From positions 9,641 through 73,640 of the forward strand of contig DITT01000029.1 of assembly GCA_002422875.1 (NCBI GenBank): a DNA stretch of 64,000 nucleotides. The letters run 5' to 3'. The notes under the pieces are model-generated. The model did no database searches, had not been told where the DNA came from, and was given only the letters and a program-made list of their open reading frames with translations. Positions 39,887 to 50,354 of the stretch are shown here, in pieces; position 1 is the first letter of the stretch, and every line of letters begins with the position of its first letter. Both the position numbers and the translations under genes were made by a program. Source of the DNA: Rickettsiales bacterium UBA6177 (GTDB lineage Bacteria; Pseudomonadota; Alphaproteobacteria; Rickettsiales; UBA6177).

Positions 39887-39966
39887 CATAGAAAGCTCTT
39901 TATTTTTAATAATTTATGATATAAAGTGACTAACTGGTCATTAGCTGAAAATAAATGAGGTAAGGT

Positions 39967-40341
39967 ATGTCTAAGTTGCTACAGCAATTTGAAAAGAAAC
40001 AATTGGAAAAGTTAGTTTCTAAAGACAAAATAGAAGAATTTTCTTACGGGGACACTGTTAGAGTAGGTGTAATTATTTCTGAAGGTACTACTGAAAGAGT
40101 GCAGATTTTTGAAGGTGTATGTATAAAAAGAAAAAATAGAGGTCTTCATTCTGCTTTTACTGTTAGAAAAATATCTAATGGTGGTTTCGGTGTTGAAAGA
40201 ACTTTCCCACTATATTCTCCTAAGATAGAAAGCATAAAGACTCTTAAGCGCGGTATAGTAAGAAGAGCTAAACTCTACTATATGAGAGGCTTAAAAGGTA
40301 AAGCTGCTAGAATTGCTGAAAGAAGAGTAGTTAATAATTAA
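39967..40341 (+). CDS. rplS: 50S ribosomal protein L19
   Basis: [29 protein letters not shown]...FTVRK. Conserved trmD-rplS pair. Confidence 0.95.
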   Translation: MSKLLQQFEKKQLEKLVSKDKIEEFSYGDTVRVGVIISEGTTERVQIFEGVCIKRKNRGLHSAFTVRKISNGGFGVERTFPLYSPKIESIKTLKRGIVRRAKLYYMRGLKGKAARIAERRVVNN

Positions 40342-40355
40342 TATAAGAGCAATAT

Positions 40356-41369
40356 ATGGGGCTTAAGGCTAAAATAATTTTATTATTATTAATAAAAAAT
40401 TTAGCCTTTGCTTCAACCTTAACAGAGAAGCCTATACTTACTGTATATGGTCACAATTCCTTAGTTAAGGGCCTTTTTAATCAAAAAACAGAATTTAAAA
40501 AAAAATTTGAAGAACAATGCTTGTGTACTCTAAATCTATTGGGATTAGATTCAAGTGGTGTAATGCTTTCAAGAGTTTCTCTTGAAGCTGAAAATACCAA
40601 AGCTGATGTTGTAATTGGTTTTGATATGAATCAATTAGGTCAAGCTGAGGCAACTGGTTTATTTCAAAAATTTGATATAGTTGATATTCCAAACTTTAAT
40701 ATACCTATAAAATGGGATAATAAAAATTTCTTGCCATATGCCTATGGTTATTTTTCATTTATTTATAATAAAACAAAGCTAAAAAAAGTACCAAAAAGTT
40801 TTTATGATTTAATTTATGGTGATAATGATATTAAAATTATACTGCAAGATCCCAGAAGCTCTTCAGTAGGTTTTGGTATGGTAGTATGGTTAAATTTAAT
40901 TTTTGGCGATGAAACTGAACAAGCATTAAAAAAAATGCGCTCTAAGATTTTAACTATTACTAAAAGCTGGGGTGAAGCATATTCGCTATTTTTAAAAGGT
41001 GAAGCCGATATGGTAGCAACCTATACAACGTCTCCAGCCTATCATATGATTAATGAAAATAATTATTCATATGAATCTGTAACTTTTTCAGAAGGTCATT
41101 ATTTGCAGATAGAAGTAATTGGTAAAATAGCAAAAACAAAGCACCCTGAGCTTGCTGATATGTTTATAAAGTTTATTCTTTCAGAAAAATTCCAAAGGCA
41201 TATACCTCTTAATGATTTTATTTATCCAGTTATAGATTTGAAAAAAGAAATGCCTGAAGAGTATAATTACATAAAAAAACCTGAGAAAATTCTATTTATA
41301 GATTATCAAGAAATAAATTTAAAAAAGAAAAAGTGGTTTAAAGAATGGCTCAAAGCAATAGCTTACTAA
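40356..41369 (+). CDS. thiB: Thiamine/TPP ABC transporter substrate-binding protein
   Basis: Signal peptide and a type II periplasmic-binding-protein fold, followed by thiP-thiQ-like genes. Substrate assignment is by context. Confidence 0.7.
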   Translation: MGLKAKIILLLLIKNLAFASTLTEKPILTVYGHNSLVKGLFNQKTEFKKKFEEQCLCTLNLLGLDSSGVMLSRVSLEAENTKADVVIGFDMNQLGQAEATGLFQKFDIVDIPNFNIPIKWDNKNFLPYAYGYFSFIYNKTKLKKVPKSFYDLIYGDNDIKIILQDPRSSSVGFGMVVWLNLIFGDETEQALKKMRSKILTITKSWGEAYSLFLKGEADMVATYTTSPAYHMINENNYSYESVTFSEGHYLQIEVIGKIAKTKHPELADMFIKFILSEKFQRHIPLNDFIYPVIDLKKEMPEEYNYIKKPEKILFIDYQEINLKKKKWFKEWLKAIAY

Positions 41370-41394
41370 AAGTTTTTGAATATAAATAAACTAC

Positions 41395-41522
41395 ACTAAA
41401 TTTAGCTGGATTATGTATTTCGTTAATTGTTGTTTAGCAAAATTTAACTAGTATGCACTCGTTTCTCTGTAGCACAATTCTCAACTTAATTTGCTATACC
41501 TACTACAACTCTTAACTTAAGC
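41395..41522. repeat. Dispersed intergenic repeat, copy C, inverted relative to A and B; sits inside the thiB-thiP spacer
   Basis: The reverse complement carries TTAAGTTAAGAG, TAGG, AATTAAGTTGAG, CTAGTTAAA and CAGCTAAATTT in the same order as copy B (59361-59490). Roughly 60-65 percent identity by eye. Confidence 0.45.
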
Positions 41523-41601
41523 TTTAAGATACTAAAATAAATAACTTTTATTATCAGGTAAAATTTAAAAACTTTTCAAGTTTGTATATTATAGTATTAT
41601 A

Positions 41602-43251
41602 ATGGAAAAATATAAGGTTAAACGCATGAAGTGGAATTTTTTAAAGGCATTTAGAATGCTTTTGCCTATTACTTTATTTGTTGTTTTGCTGTTAACTCTT
41701 CTAATATCTCTTGCTACAACTTTTTTTTCAGAAATAAATAAACAAGCATTAATAGAGGTCTTTTCTGATGAGCAAATATTACATGTTATTTTGTTTACTA
41801 TTAAACAAGCATTAATTTCGACTGTTGCAACAATTATTATAGCCATCCCTATTGCTAGGGCTATTCATCGAAGAAAATTTTTTTTTGGTCGTAGTATCAT
41901 TATAAAAGTAATAAGTTTATCATTTGTTGTTCCAAGTGTAGTTCTAGTTTTAGGATTAGCAGAAATACATGGTACAAATGGATGGATAAATAAATTTCTA
42001 GCTTTATTTAATTTATCATTTAAACAATATTTATATGGATTTTCTGGAATAATTTTAGGGCATATAACTTTTAATATCCCTATTGCAGTACGAATATTTT
42101 TAAATAAATTAGATGCTATTCCTGATGATACATGGAAGCTTGCAACTAATTTGGGATTTTCAAGTTATAGAATTTTTAAAAATATTGAGAAACCAATATT
42201 AAAAATAGCAATCACTCAAGTATTTACTATTATTTTTATTATTAGTTTTACAAGTTTTGTGATAGTTCTAGATTTAGGAGCAAATCCTGCAAATACCTCT
42301 ATGGAAGTAGCGATATATCAAGCTCTACGTTTTGAATTCGATATCTCAAAAGCAGTAATTTTATGTGTTTTACAATTTGTTATATGTTTAATATTAATGT
42401 TATTTGTTAGTAGAGGTCAGTACTCACCAATTTTCCTTAAAACCACATATAATATTCATTTTCATAGGCCAGATTTAAAAAATAAATTTGAAATAATGAT
42501 CGATTATTTTTTTATATTATTAACTTGTATTATTATAATATTACCAATTATAGCAATAGGCAAAGCAGGTTTTAATAGTGGTTTGCTTAGATTGTTTTAT
42601 AATGAGGAATTTTGGAAAGCATTTGGTTATAGTATATTTATTGCGCTTTCCTCAGGAATATTATCAATTATATTTGCTGCAAGCATTATGAGTGGGGTAT
42701 TTTATTTTAAGTATATTCAAAAAAATAATACTATGTTACGCATAACAAGTTTAATTAGTAATTTTACCATTATTCTTTCACCTTACATAATAGGCACAGG
42801 GCTTTTTATAATATTTAAACCTTCGATAAATTTATTTTTTGTAGGGAAGTATATTTTAATCCTTATCAATGCATTGTTAGTGCTACCTTTTGTTATAAGT
42901 ATTTTGATTAATCCAATTATCTCATTTCCTATAAAAAAAATTTGGTTATGTCGGAATTTAAATATAAAGTCGTATGATTTTTTTCGCTTGATAATATGGC
43001 GTGAAATCAGAAAGTATGTAGCCTATGCTCTATCAATAGCAATAACTCTTAGTTGGGGAGATTTCTCAATTATTGCTTTATTTGGTAATGAAGATTTTAT
43101 AACTTTACCGTATTTACTGAACTACAATATGTCAAATTATAACACAAGTGATGCAGCAAATATTAGCTTTGTAATGTTATTTTTAGCATTTTTACTAATT
43201 TGGATAGTTGAAGAATTTATAGGGGGAGCTGAAAATGTTAAAATTAAATAA
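41602..43251 (+). CDS. thiP: Thiamine ABC transporter permease (duplicated BPD_transp_1 type)
   Basis: 549 aa, about 12 TM, with two internal permease repeats. Overlaps the thiQ start. Confidence 0.75.
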   Translation: MEKYKVKRMKWNFLKAFRMLLPITLFVVLLLTLLISLATTFFSEINKQALIEVFSDEQILHVILFTIKQALISTVATIIIAIPIARAIHRRKFFFGRSIIIKVISLSFVVPSVVLVLGLAEIHGTNGWINKFLALFNLSFKQYLYGFSGIILGHITFNIPIAVRIFLNKLDAIPDDTWKLATNLGFSSYRIFKNIEKPILKIAITQVFTIIFIISFTSFVIVLDLGANPANTSMEVAIYQALRFEFDISKAVILCVLQFVICLILMLFVSRGQYSPIFLKTTYNIHFHRPDLKNKFEIMIDYFFILLTCIIIILPIIAIGKAGFNSGLLRLFYNEEFWKAFGYSIFIALSSGILSIIFAASIMSGVFYFKYIQKNNTMLRITSLISNFTIILSPYIIGTGLFIIFKPSINLFFVGKYILILINALLVLPFVISILINPIISFPIKKIWLCRNLNIKSYDFFRLIIWREIRKYVAYALSIAITLSWGDFSIIALFGNEDFITLPYLLNYNMSNYNTSDAANISFVMLFLAFLLIWIVEEFIGGAENVKIK

Positions 43252-43942
43252 TATTGGATTCATTTTCAATAAAAGTAATTGGAGATGTAATTATAGTCTA
43301 TCTCTTGAAAAGTATGATATGTTAGGCATTATGGGTCCGAGTGGTTCAGGAAAAAGTACGTTACTGAATTTAATTGCTGGGTTTACTAAAATTCTTTCAG
43401 GCTCGTTATTTATTGATGGAGAAGATTTTACTTATGTAGAGCCAAGTAAGAGACCAGTGAATATTTTATTTCAAGAATATAATCTTTTTGAGCATTTAAC
43501 AGTTTATGAAAATATAGCAGTGGGGATAAGCCCATCACTAAAGCTTACAGCAGAAGAGATAGACATAGTAAATTTTTCTTTAAATAGACTGGGCTTAAAT
43601 GGCTTTAATAAACGTTTCCCTATTCAGCTATCTGGGGGGCAACGTCAAAGAGTGGCAATAGCAAGAGCTATGGTAAGAAAAATTCCTATTTTATTACTTG
43701 ATGAGCCTTTTTCATTTCTTGATCCTAACTTAAGGCTTGAAATGCTTGACTTAGTTAAGGAAATTCATCAAGAGAAAAAGCTAACTACAATTGTAGTAAC
43801 TCATGATTTTAAAGATTGCCAGCGAGTATGTAATAAAACAGCATTTATTGAACATGGTAAACTGATACATCAAGATAATACTGGAAAGTTTGTTGCAAGT
43901 GGTTATGAAAAAGAACCAATCAGATCTTATTTAGGATTATAG
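43235..43942 (+). CDS. thiQ: Thiamine ABC transporter ATP-binding protein
   Basis: Walker A GPSGSGKST, signature LSGGQRQR, Walker B LLLDEPF. Confidence 0.85.
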   Translation: MLKLNNIGFIFNKSNWRCNYSLSLEKYDMLGIMGPSGSGKSTLLNLIAGFTKILSGSLFIDGEDFTYVEPSKRPVNILFQEYNLFEHLTVYENIAVGISPSLKLTAEEIDIVNFSLNRLGLNGFNKRFPIQLSGGQRQRVAIARAMVRKIPILLLDEPFSFLDPNLRLEMLDLVKEIHQEKKLTTIVVTHDFKDCQRVCNKTAFIEHGKLIHQDNTGKFVASGYEKEPIRSYLGL

Positions 43943-44060
43943 TAGATTAAGTATCATGAACTTGGGCATATTTACTTAGCGATAAAGTTTTGTAATTTAA
44001 CTAATTTTTTACATTTGTATTATAATATAAGGATTTATATGTCATTAGTGGAAAAATAAT

Positions 44061-47000
44061 ATGTTAGATTTTTTTGCAATATTAGAGCAACTAGAGAGTA
44101 AAAAACTTGAACTAACAGAAGAATTATTCCAAGATTTACAAAAAGAAGCAAAAACAAGAATCACTTCTAGCAATCAATTAACAGAACAAGCTCAAATCGA
44201 AGCTAAAAATGCTGATCTTGATAATACAGCATATAAATCTTTTTTAAGAGTTTTATTAAATAAAAATAATGAAGAAAATTTTAAGCAACATTTCGATTCA
44301 GCAAAGAAAATTTATAACAATGGCTTAATCTCAATAGAAGAACTGATTGCTTCTAAAAAAGTAAACCTGCTTGCAAGCAAATATAATAAGTATAAAAGTA
44401 CAATAGATCATACACAACTGTTACATCTAAATCCAGGAGAAGAATCGGAAGAGCAGTCTTTAACTTTTAGACATTCAACAACTTTTGTTCATGCTTTATT
44501 TCAAGCAAATGCTTTACCTGAAGACATTATTTTTTATTTTCAAAGAATCAACCAAGCTTTAAGCACAAATCCAGAGCTTGCCAATAATTATTTAGAACTA
44601 GCAGATCAAGATGGAGCATCAATCAAAGATATCTTGGGATCAAAAGGATTATCTCAAAGATATAAGGGTATTGATAGAGAAATAATAAACATGTGTCCGA
44701 AATTATTTTCAAACAAAAGTACACAAAAAGCAGATCCTGCAGTAGATACCCACACTGCCTCAATTCATAATAGTATCGATCAATCATTATTAAGACTCGC
44801 TCAATTGTATGATAGATCTCTAAGTATCTCTCCAAATCAGAATGCTATTAACATTCTTCGATCTTCTGAGGTTAATATAAGAATTAATAAAGACTTTAAT
44901 ACCTTAAAAGACTTATTAACAAAAGTAGTTTCAGATGATCCAAAACACTTGAATAATTTAATTAATCCTACTTTTACGGTTAAAGATACTGAAGAAGAAA
45001 AAAGTGAGGCAAAAGCTAAATTATTATTTCAGTGTCAAACTGCTTTACGAATGATAAAAGGATTAGAACAAGGATCTTACGGAAATGAGTATCCTATTCG
45101 CTCAAATGAGAGAACTAATTCTGGTCTAACTATTAAAGAAATTGTAGCAATTGGCTTTGCTTCATTAAATGATTCTACTCAATGGAATAATCCTGAACAG
45201 ATTTCTCAACATACTATTAGTTTTTTTGAAAATTTATACAAATCACATCGTGGTTATAATATTGATTCATATGGAGATAGCGAATGGAAAACACAAAGCG
45301 ATGAGATAGATAGAAATAAATGCAGTACTGGTATAGTTAACCAGGTATTAGCTGGATTAAGCGATCATAAATTAGTTAAAATAGAAGTAATTGATTCAAT
45401 CACCATGTCAGGGCCAATCAAAGTACATTTACCTAAGGTTCTTAAGGAATTAGCTAATGATAAGCAGATGAAACTTGATATTACTCAGTGGTTAGATAGT
45501 AGCCCTTTACAAACTCGACTATTAGAAGCTATCATTAATAAAATCACGCAATCTAGTGAGTTTAGTAACCAATTTAGTCAAGATCAAATAAAACAATTTG
45601 CTCCTAGTGCTATAAGAACACTTAATGTTCAAGATTTAGGGAATGAATTATTAACAAAATATCCTGAGACTTTTTTCTCCCTTTCTTCTATTGATAATGA
45701 ACAATCAATCTCAACATTTAAATTTGATAAAGAAAATGGATATATTAGTTATTTAGAATCTTTATATAAGCAAGATCCTAAAGCAGCTAAAATGCTTATT
45801 ACTGAAAAAGTAAAATTAATCTCTTCAGCAGAAACAACATCTTTAATAAATTTTATTGGTAGCTCTCCTAATTCAGATTTTACTACAGAAGTGCAAAACA
45901 TTGTTCTTGCAAACTTAAAAAGCTATGATCAACTTACAAGAAATCAATTATTTTTAGCATCTGCAAAGGATAGCCACCTTTTCTTACTGCAAACTTTTCT
46001 GAAAGCAAATGTAGATATAAATATAAATACAAACATAGTTAATGACCATGGTAGCACAGCTCTACATTATGCTGCTAAAAAAAGAGATACATCAATACTA
46101 AAAGCTTTATTAGCTCATGGAGCTAATGTAAATGTTCAAGATTACGATGGCCACATGGCTATACATCATGCTGCCCATTTTGGAATGCAAGAAAGTATAG
46201 AAGTTTTAGTAGATGGTGGAGCTAATATCGAAACTAGAAATAGTATCGGTTGTACAGCTTTACATATTGCTGCTAAAAATAAAAATAAGGCAATAGTAGG
46301 AGCGTTATTAGCTAAGGGAGCTGATATTCATGCTGCAGATGCACTTGGTTTGACAGCTATACATTATGCTGCTGAATCTGGAACGGCAGAAACTATAGAA
46401 ACTTTAGTAGCTGGTGGAGCTGATATAAATACTAAAAGTAGCTATAATGGTTATACAGCTTTACATATTGCTGCTAAAAATAAAAATACGGCAATAGTAG
46501 GAGCGTTATTAGCTAAGGGAGCTGATATGAATGCTGTAGATTCATTTGGTTTAACAGCTATACATTATGCTGTTCAACATAGTGATACATTAATACTAAA
46601 GGCTTTGCTAGATAATGGAGCTGATGTAGATGCTAAATCTTACAGTGGACAAACAGCTCTACATTATGCTGCTGAACTTGGAAATGTAGAAAAGATAAAA
46701 TTGCTACTAGATAATGGAGCTAATATCACTGCTAAAAGTAAAGATGGTAAAACAGCTCTATATTATAGTAAAGAGAGCAAGAATGTAGAAGCTACTGATA
46801 TTTTAAATAGCGAGTCCAGAAAAATATCAGGAGCAGTAAAATTAATGACAACGCTAACCAAAACCTTAGCTCAGGAAAAACTAGAAAATGTAGATTATAA
46901 AACAGCTGCTACAACTTTATATAAAGCTCTAAATAATCATGAACCCTCTGATAAAGATTTGCAACCATATGCAAAGGAACTAAAAAATGTACGTGGCTTG

Positions 47001-47132
47001 CACATTAGCCAAGAAAGGAAAAAAGGAGGGCTAGGTTATTTATTCTCTAAAAACCCAGATATTGATACAACAACTCATGTATACAATCTTGTGCGTAGTA
47101 AAAATAAGGAAAGTAAGCGTGAGTTGAAATAA
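44061..47132 (+). CDS. Large ankyrin-repeat effector-like protein: about 650 aa unassigned N-terminal region plus about 8 ANK repeats
   Basis: ANK units from about nt 46020 to 46780 (GSTALHYAAKK..., CTALHIAAKNKNKAIVGALLAKGADI..., GQTALHYAAELGNVEKIKLLLDNGANI...). No motif recognised in the N-terminal part. Confidence 0.8.
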   Translation: MLDFFAILEQLESKKLELTEELFQDLQKEAKTRITSSNQLTEQAQIEAKNADLDNTAYKSFLRVLLNKNNEENFKQHFDSAKKIYNNGLISIEELIASKKVNLLASKYNKYKSTIDHTQLLHLNPGEESEEQSLTFRHSTTFVHALFQANALPEDIIFYFQRINQALSTNPELANNYLELADQDGASIKDILGSKGLSQRYKGIDREIINMCPKLFSNKSTQKADPAVDTHTASIHNSIDQSLLRLAQLYDRSLSISPNQNAINILRSSEVNIRINKDFNTLKDLLTKVVSDDPKHLNNLINPTFTVKDTEEEKSEAKAKLLFQCQTALRMIKGLEQGSYGNEYPIRSNERTNSGLTIKEIVAIGFASLNDSTQWNNPEQISQHTISFFENLYKSHRGYNIDSYGDSEWKTQSDEIDRNKCSTGIVNQVLAGLSDHKLVKIEVIDSITMSGPIKVHLPKVLKELANDKQMKLDITQWLDSSPLQTRLLEAIINKITQSSEFSNQFSQDQIKQFAPSAIRTLNVQDLGNELLTKYPETFFSLSSIDNEQSISTFKFDKENGYISYLESLYKQDPKAAKMLITEKVKLISSAETTSLINFIGSSPNSDFTTEVQNIVLANLKSYDQLTRNQLFLASAKDSHLFLLQTFLKANVDININTNIVNDHGSTALHYAAKKRDTSILKALLAHGANVNVQDYDGHMAIHHAAHFGMQESIEVLVDGGANIETRNSIGCTALHIAAKNKNKAIVGALLAKGADIHAADALGLTAIHYAAESGTAETIETLVAGGADINTKSSYNGYTALHIAAKNKNTAIVGALLAKGADMNAVDSFGLTAIHYAVQHSDTLILKALLDNGADVDAKSYSGQTALHYAAELGNVEKIKLLLDNGANITAKSKDGKTALYYSKESKNVEATDILNSESRKISGAVKLMTTLTKTLAQEKLENVDYKTAATTLYKALNNHEPSDKDLQPYAKELKNVRGLHISQERKKGGLGYLFSKNPDIDTTTHVYNLVRSKNKESKRELK
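46254..46572 (+). repeat. Internal near-identical duplication within the ankyrin gene (period 201 bp, two ANK units)
   Basis: 46254-46371 and 46455-46572 differ at only a few positions (ACAGCTTTACATATTGCTGCTAAAAATAAAAATA(A/C)GGCAATAGTAGGAGCGTTATTAGCTAAGGGAGCTGATAT...). Confidence 0.9.
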
Positions 47133-47344
47133 ATACATATAAAGCAAGTTTTAAGCATGGTGTAGAAATATTGCAAAATAGAAAAATAATGAGGTGATTC
47201 TTATAATCATATCTTCTATGAAATCTTTATCTCGAACTCAGGTATTTTATATATTCATAAATTAATTTACAATAAATTAAAGGTTGCAAAGAAAAATCTA
47301 ATAATTTAGAGTAAAATTGATATGTTTTCTAGGGGTGAATTTAA

Positions 47345-49660
47345 ATGTTTTGGTCTATTAATGTTATTAAGGATTCTACAATATTAATTTTTAAGGAATT
47401 AAAAATTAATATTGGTGAGAAGTTTAAAATAGCTGCATACGTAATTTTACAAATATCTTTATCACTTCTTGAGACATATTTTTCTCATACAATATCTAAT
47501 TTAGAACGTTCACTTAGTAAAAATAATGATAAAGAAAATAGTAATTTATTGAGCATTATAGGTCCATTTTTAATGCCATACTTCTTCCAAGCTATAGGTA
47601 AGACTATATCAGCAATTTCAACTTCACATCTTTATAAAAATACATATAAAAAAGTTTCAAGTGAAGTTTTAGAAGATACAATGAAGCCAAAAAACCTTTT
47701 AGAAGCAGATAGGAGCTTAAAAGCAGGTATAGGGTCAGAGCAATTAATAGCTAAATACTCAAGATACTTTGGTAGTTTTTACTCTGATGCAGTAAGTGCT
47801 GCAATATCCACGACAATAAAGTTTGCAGGAGGTGTGATTGTATTACTACAATTTTCATATTTGTTAGCTGCAACTGTCTGTTGTTTATCAATATCACTAG
47901 GCTATTGTGTATCTTATATATGTAAAAAATATAGTCAAAATGCAGATGCACAAGACATTGAATCAAACCACTTATTTAAAATAACCCAACAGATTGAAAA
48001 TGGAGCTGAAGCACTTGCAAATATCAATGGCAAGAAATCGGCTGTAAATGTTTTTGAGAAAAAAAGGGAAGAGATAATAGCTCTAGTAAAAAAAGGTGGC
48101 CAAATTAATTCATTGATGCAAGGTGTTAAAGTATTATCAATGGTTATTAGTACAGTACCAATTATTGTATTGGCATATGGTGCTATTTCGCCTGAATATA
48201 TTAGGCAAGCTGCAGCAATTACAGCATGCGCAGTTTCTGAAATAGAGTTGCGTGCAGTAATAGTTTATTTATCAATTTATACAGATAGGCTAAAGGAATA
48301 TGTCCAACATAGAAAAGAAAATAGCCATAATGTGTCATTTAATATTAATTTTAATAATAGCAAAAATATTAATATAAAAAATATTAATTTAAATAGCCCA
48401 ACAGGAGGGGATAAGGTTTTTGATAAGCTTTCTATAGATTTTTCTCATGGCAAAAGTAAAGATAGAGGCTTGATATATAGACTGATAGGCAGTAATGGAG
48501 CTGGAAAAAGTTGCTTAAGCAGAATTATTAGTCGCAGCTTAAGCGCAAACTCTGGAAATGTCTCTTTGCCATATTTAGCAAGCGATGAAAAAAATAACTC
48601 TATTAGAAGAATAGATGCCGGAAAAATCTTTAAATTAAGTGACTCACATTCAGTCAAAGATATAGCATTATATCCAAAAAGCATAGAGAATATTAATTTA
48701 GAAATTAAATCTTTATTAAAGGATAACGAAAATATCTCTCGAGATAATTCTGTTAAGAGTATAAGTAAGTATCTTAGCAAGATTGGGCATATATTATCTG
48801 GAAATGAAAAAAATGTATTATTGAAGAAAGTAGGAACAGAATTTCCTAATCAAGCTAGAATAATTGACCTGGTCTCGGAATGCATACAGCAGGCAAGGAT
48901 AAAAAAAATTGAAGAGCTTTTTAAACACCTTGATCAAAGCAAATTATTTACTGAAACAATTAAAGGTAAAAGTGATGGGCAAATCCAAATCATTAAAATT
49001 GTTCAGTTACTTGTATCATGTCCAGCTCCTGATTGGATAATTCTTGACGAGGCTTTTAGTAATTTGACCCCAAATAATATAACAAAAATTCAAAAATTAT
49101 TAAGAGAAACTTTCCCTAAAGCAAATATAATATTTATAGATCATTATCTTGGTAATGATGATCCTGAATGGCCAATACATCAAGTTTTTGCAATACAAAA
49201 TAGTAAGGCTAGTAGAGTAATGGAAGATGAAAAAAGTGGGAAAAATTCTACCGCATCAAAGAATAAGCTAGCATTACTTAATAAGATTGATTTACAAGCT
49301 TCATCTTGTAAAAATAATAAAGACCCAAATGTCTTAGATAAAATAAGTATTAGTACACAAACAGAAGAGCATCTACCTATTTCTCGAGAATCTCGTTCTG
49401 GTTTGCAAACTCCGGTAATGCAAAATGGTGGCAAGCCTTCTCCAGATCTAAGGGGAAATCGAAATTATGAAGAGATACCACCACTTTCTGGTAGTGCTAA
49501 TTCTGCTAGATCTTCTCGAGGTTCGTCACCTTCACGTCAATCGATAAGTGAAAATTTAGCCTCTCCAGCTCCGCAGTTATCTGGTAGAAGGGGGATAAGT
49601 TTTGCAGCTAGAGTATCTTCTGGGCGGGAAGAAGATAAAAGAACGGTTTCTATAAGCTGA
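47345..49660 (+). CDS. ABC half-transporter-like protein: N-terminal TM domain, divergent NBD, and a Ser/Arg/Pro-rich C-terminal tail
   Basis: Walker A LIGSNGAGKS, degenerate signature KSDGQIQI, Walker B WIILDEAF, H-loop-like IIFIDH. The spacing between Walker A and the signature is unusually long. The last roughly 140 aa are low-complexity. Confidence 0.65.
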   Translation: MFWSINVIKDSTILIFKELKINIGEKFKIAAYVILQISLSLLETYFSHTISNLERSLSKNNDKENSNLLSIIGPFLMPYFFQAIGKTISAISTSHLYKNTYKKVSSEVLEDTMKPKNLLEADRSLKAGIGSEQLIAKYSRYFGSFYSDAVSAAISTTIKFAGGVIVLLQFSYLLAATVCCLSISLGYCVSYICKKYSQNADAQDIESNHLFKITQQIENGAEALANINGKKSAVNVFEKKREEIIALVKKGGQINSLMQGVKVLSMVISTVPIIVLAYGAISPEYIRQAAAITACAVSEIELRAVIVYLSIYTDRLKEYVQHRKENSHNVSFNINFNNSKNINIKNINLNSPTGGDKVFDKLSIDFSHGKSKDRGLIYRLIGSNGAGKSCLSRIISRSLSANSGNVSLPYLASDEKNNSIRRIDAGKIFKLSDSHSVKDIALYPKSIENINLEIKSLLKDNENISRDNSVKSISKYLSKIGHILSGNEKNVLLKKVGTEFPNQARIIDLVSECIQQARIKKIEELFKHLDQSKLFTETIKGKSDGQIQIIKIVQLLVSCPAPDWIILDEAFSNLTPNNITKIQKLLRETFPKANIIFIDHYLGNDDPEWPIHQVFAIQNSKASRVMEDEKSGKNSTASKNKLALLNKIDLQASSCKNNKDPNVLDKISISTQTEEHLPISRESRSGLQTPVMQNGGKPSPDLRGNRNYEEIPPLSGSANSARSSRGSSPSRQSISENLASPAPQLSGRRGISFAARVSSGREEDKRTVSIS

Positions 49661-49662
49661 AA

Positions 49663-50304
49663 CTATAATATATGAATAAAATATTTTTGATATTTATTAA
49701 AAATATAGCTGCTGAATTTAGTAAAAAATTTGTGATTTATATTTACTATTATAAAGTTAATAACTAAGGCTCCTACAATATCAATGATAGAGTGAGCGCC
49801 AATCATTATTCTTGAAAGAGAAACTGCACATACTAATAAACATAAAATAAATTTAAAAAACTTATTACAATATCTAAAAGTTACTAAACTAAAAATTACA
49901 GCAAAGGAAGTATGTCCGCTAGGGAAGCTTTGGTTGCAGTATAAATTGCTAGTAATATTAGTTATAACATCGGGATTGGCTAAGATAATATTTTTGCAAA
50001 CAGGTCTTACAGCATCTATTAAGGTTTTAAGTGACAGTACAACTAAGCCTGAAATAAAGAAATTAATGCTTAAATTATAATAATATTCAAAAATAGCTTT
50101 TTTTGTTGCGGTGTTTTTATCTTTGAGTAATAATTTAACGCATACAAAGATAATTGCAAAAAGAATATAAAATTTTTTATAATCAAAGATATTATCGAGT
50201 ACTAAAATGCTGGAAATAAAAGGAGATATTTGGCTATTTAAAGTAAGAATTAACTTATCATTTAAGTTGTTGTAAAGTAAAATTAAATGGGTAAAAAAAC
50301 TCAT
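49663..50304 (-). CDS. PAP2-family membrane phosphatase
   Basis: The three PAP2 motifs are present: KTLIDAVRP, FPSGHTS and SRIMIGAHSIIDIVGA. Confidence 0.8.
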   Translation of the reverse strand: MSFFTHLILLYNNLNDKLILTLNSQISPFISSILVLDNIFDYKKFYILFAIIFVCVKLLLKDKNTATKKAIFEYYYNLSINFFISGLVVLSLKTLIDAVRPVCKNIILANPDVITNITSNLYCNQSFPSGHTSFAVIFSLVTFRYCNKFFKFILCLLVCAVSLSRIMIGAHSIIDIVGALVINFIIVNINHKFFTKFSSYIFNKYQKYFIHIL

Positions 50305-50354
50305 ATTCTTTTAAAAAAATATTAATCATTATAGCATATAGAAAAAATATAAGA

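Noticed and set aside
40342-40355. Expected TPP riboswitch upstream of thiB, or within the 41370-41601 thiB-thiP spacer
   Set aside because: Only 14 bp separate rplS and thiB. The thiB-thiP spacer lacks the conserved CTGAGA ... ACCTGATCTGGATAATGCCAGCG core and instead carries the dispersed repeat.
46020-46780. Regularly spaced repeats that might be mistaken for a CRISPR-like array
   Set aside because: They are in-frame ankyrin repeat units (99- to 102-bp period) within a continuous ORF, with no unique-spacer architecture.
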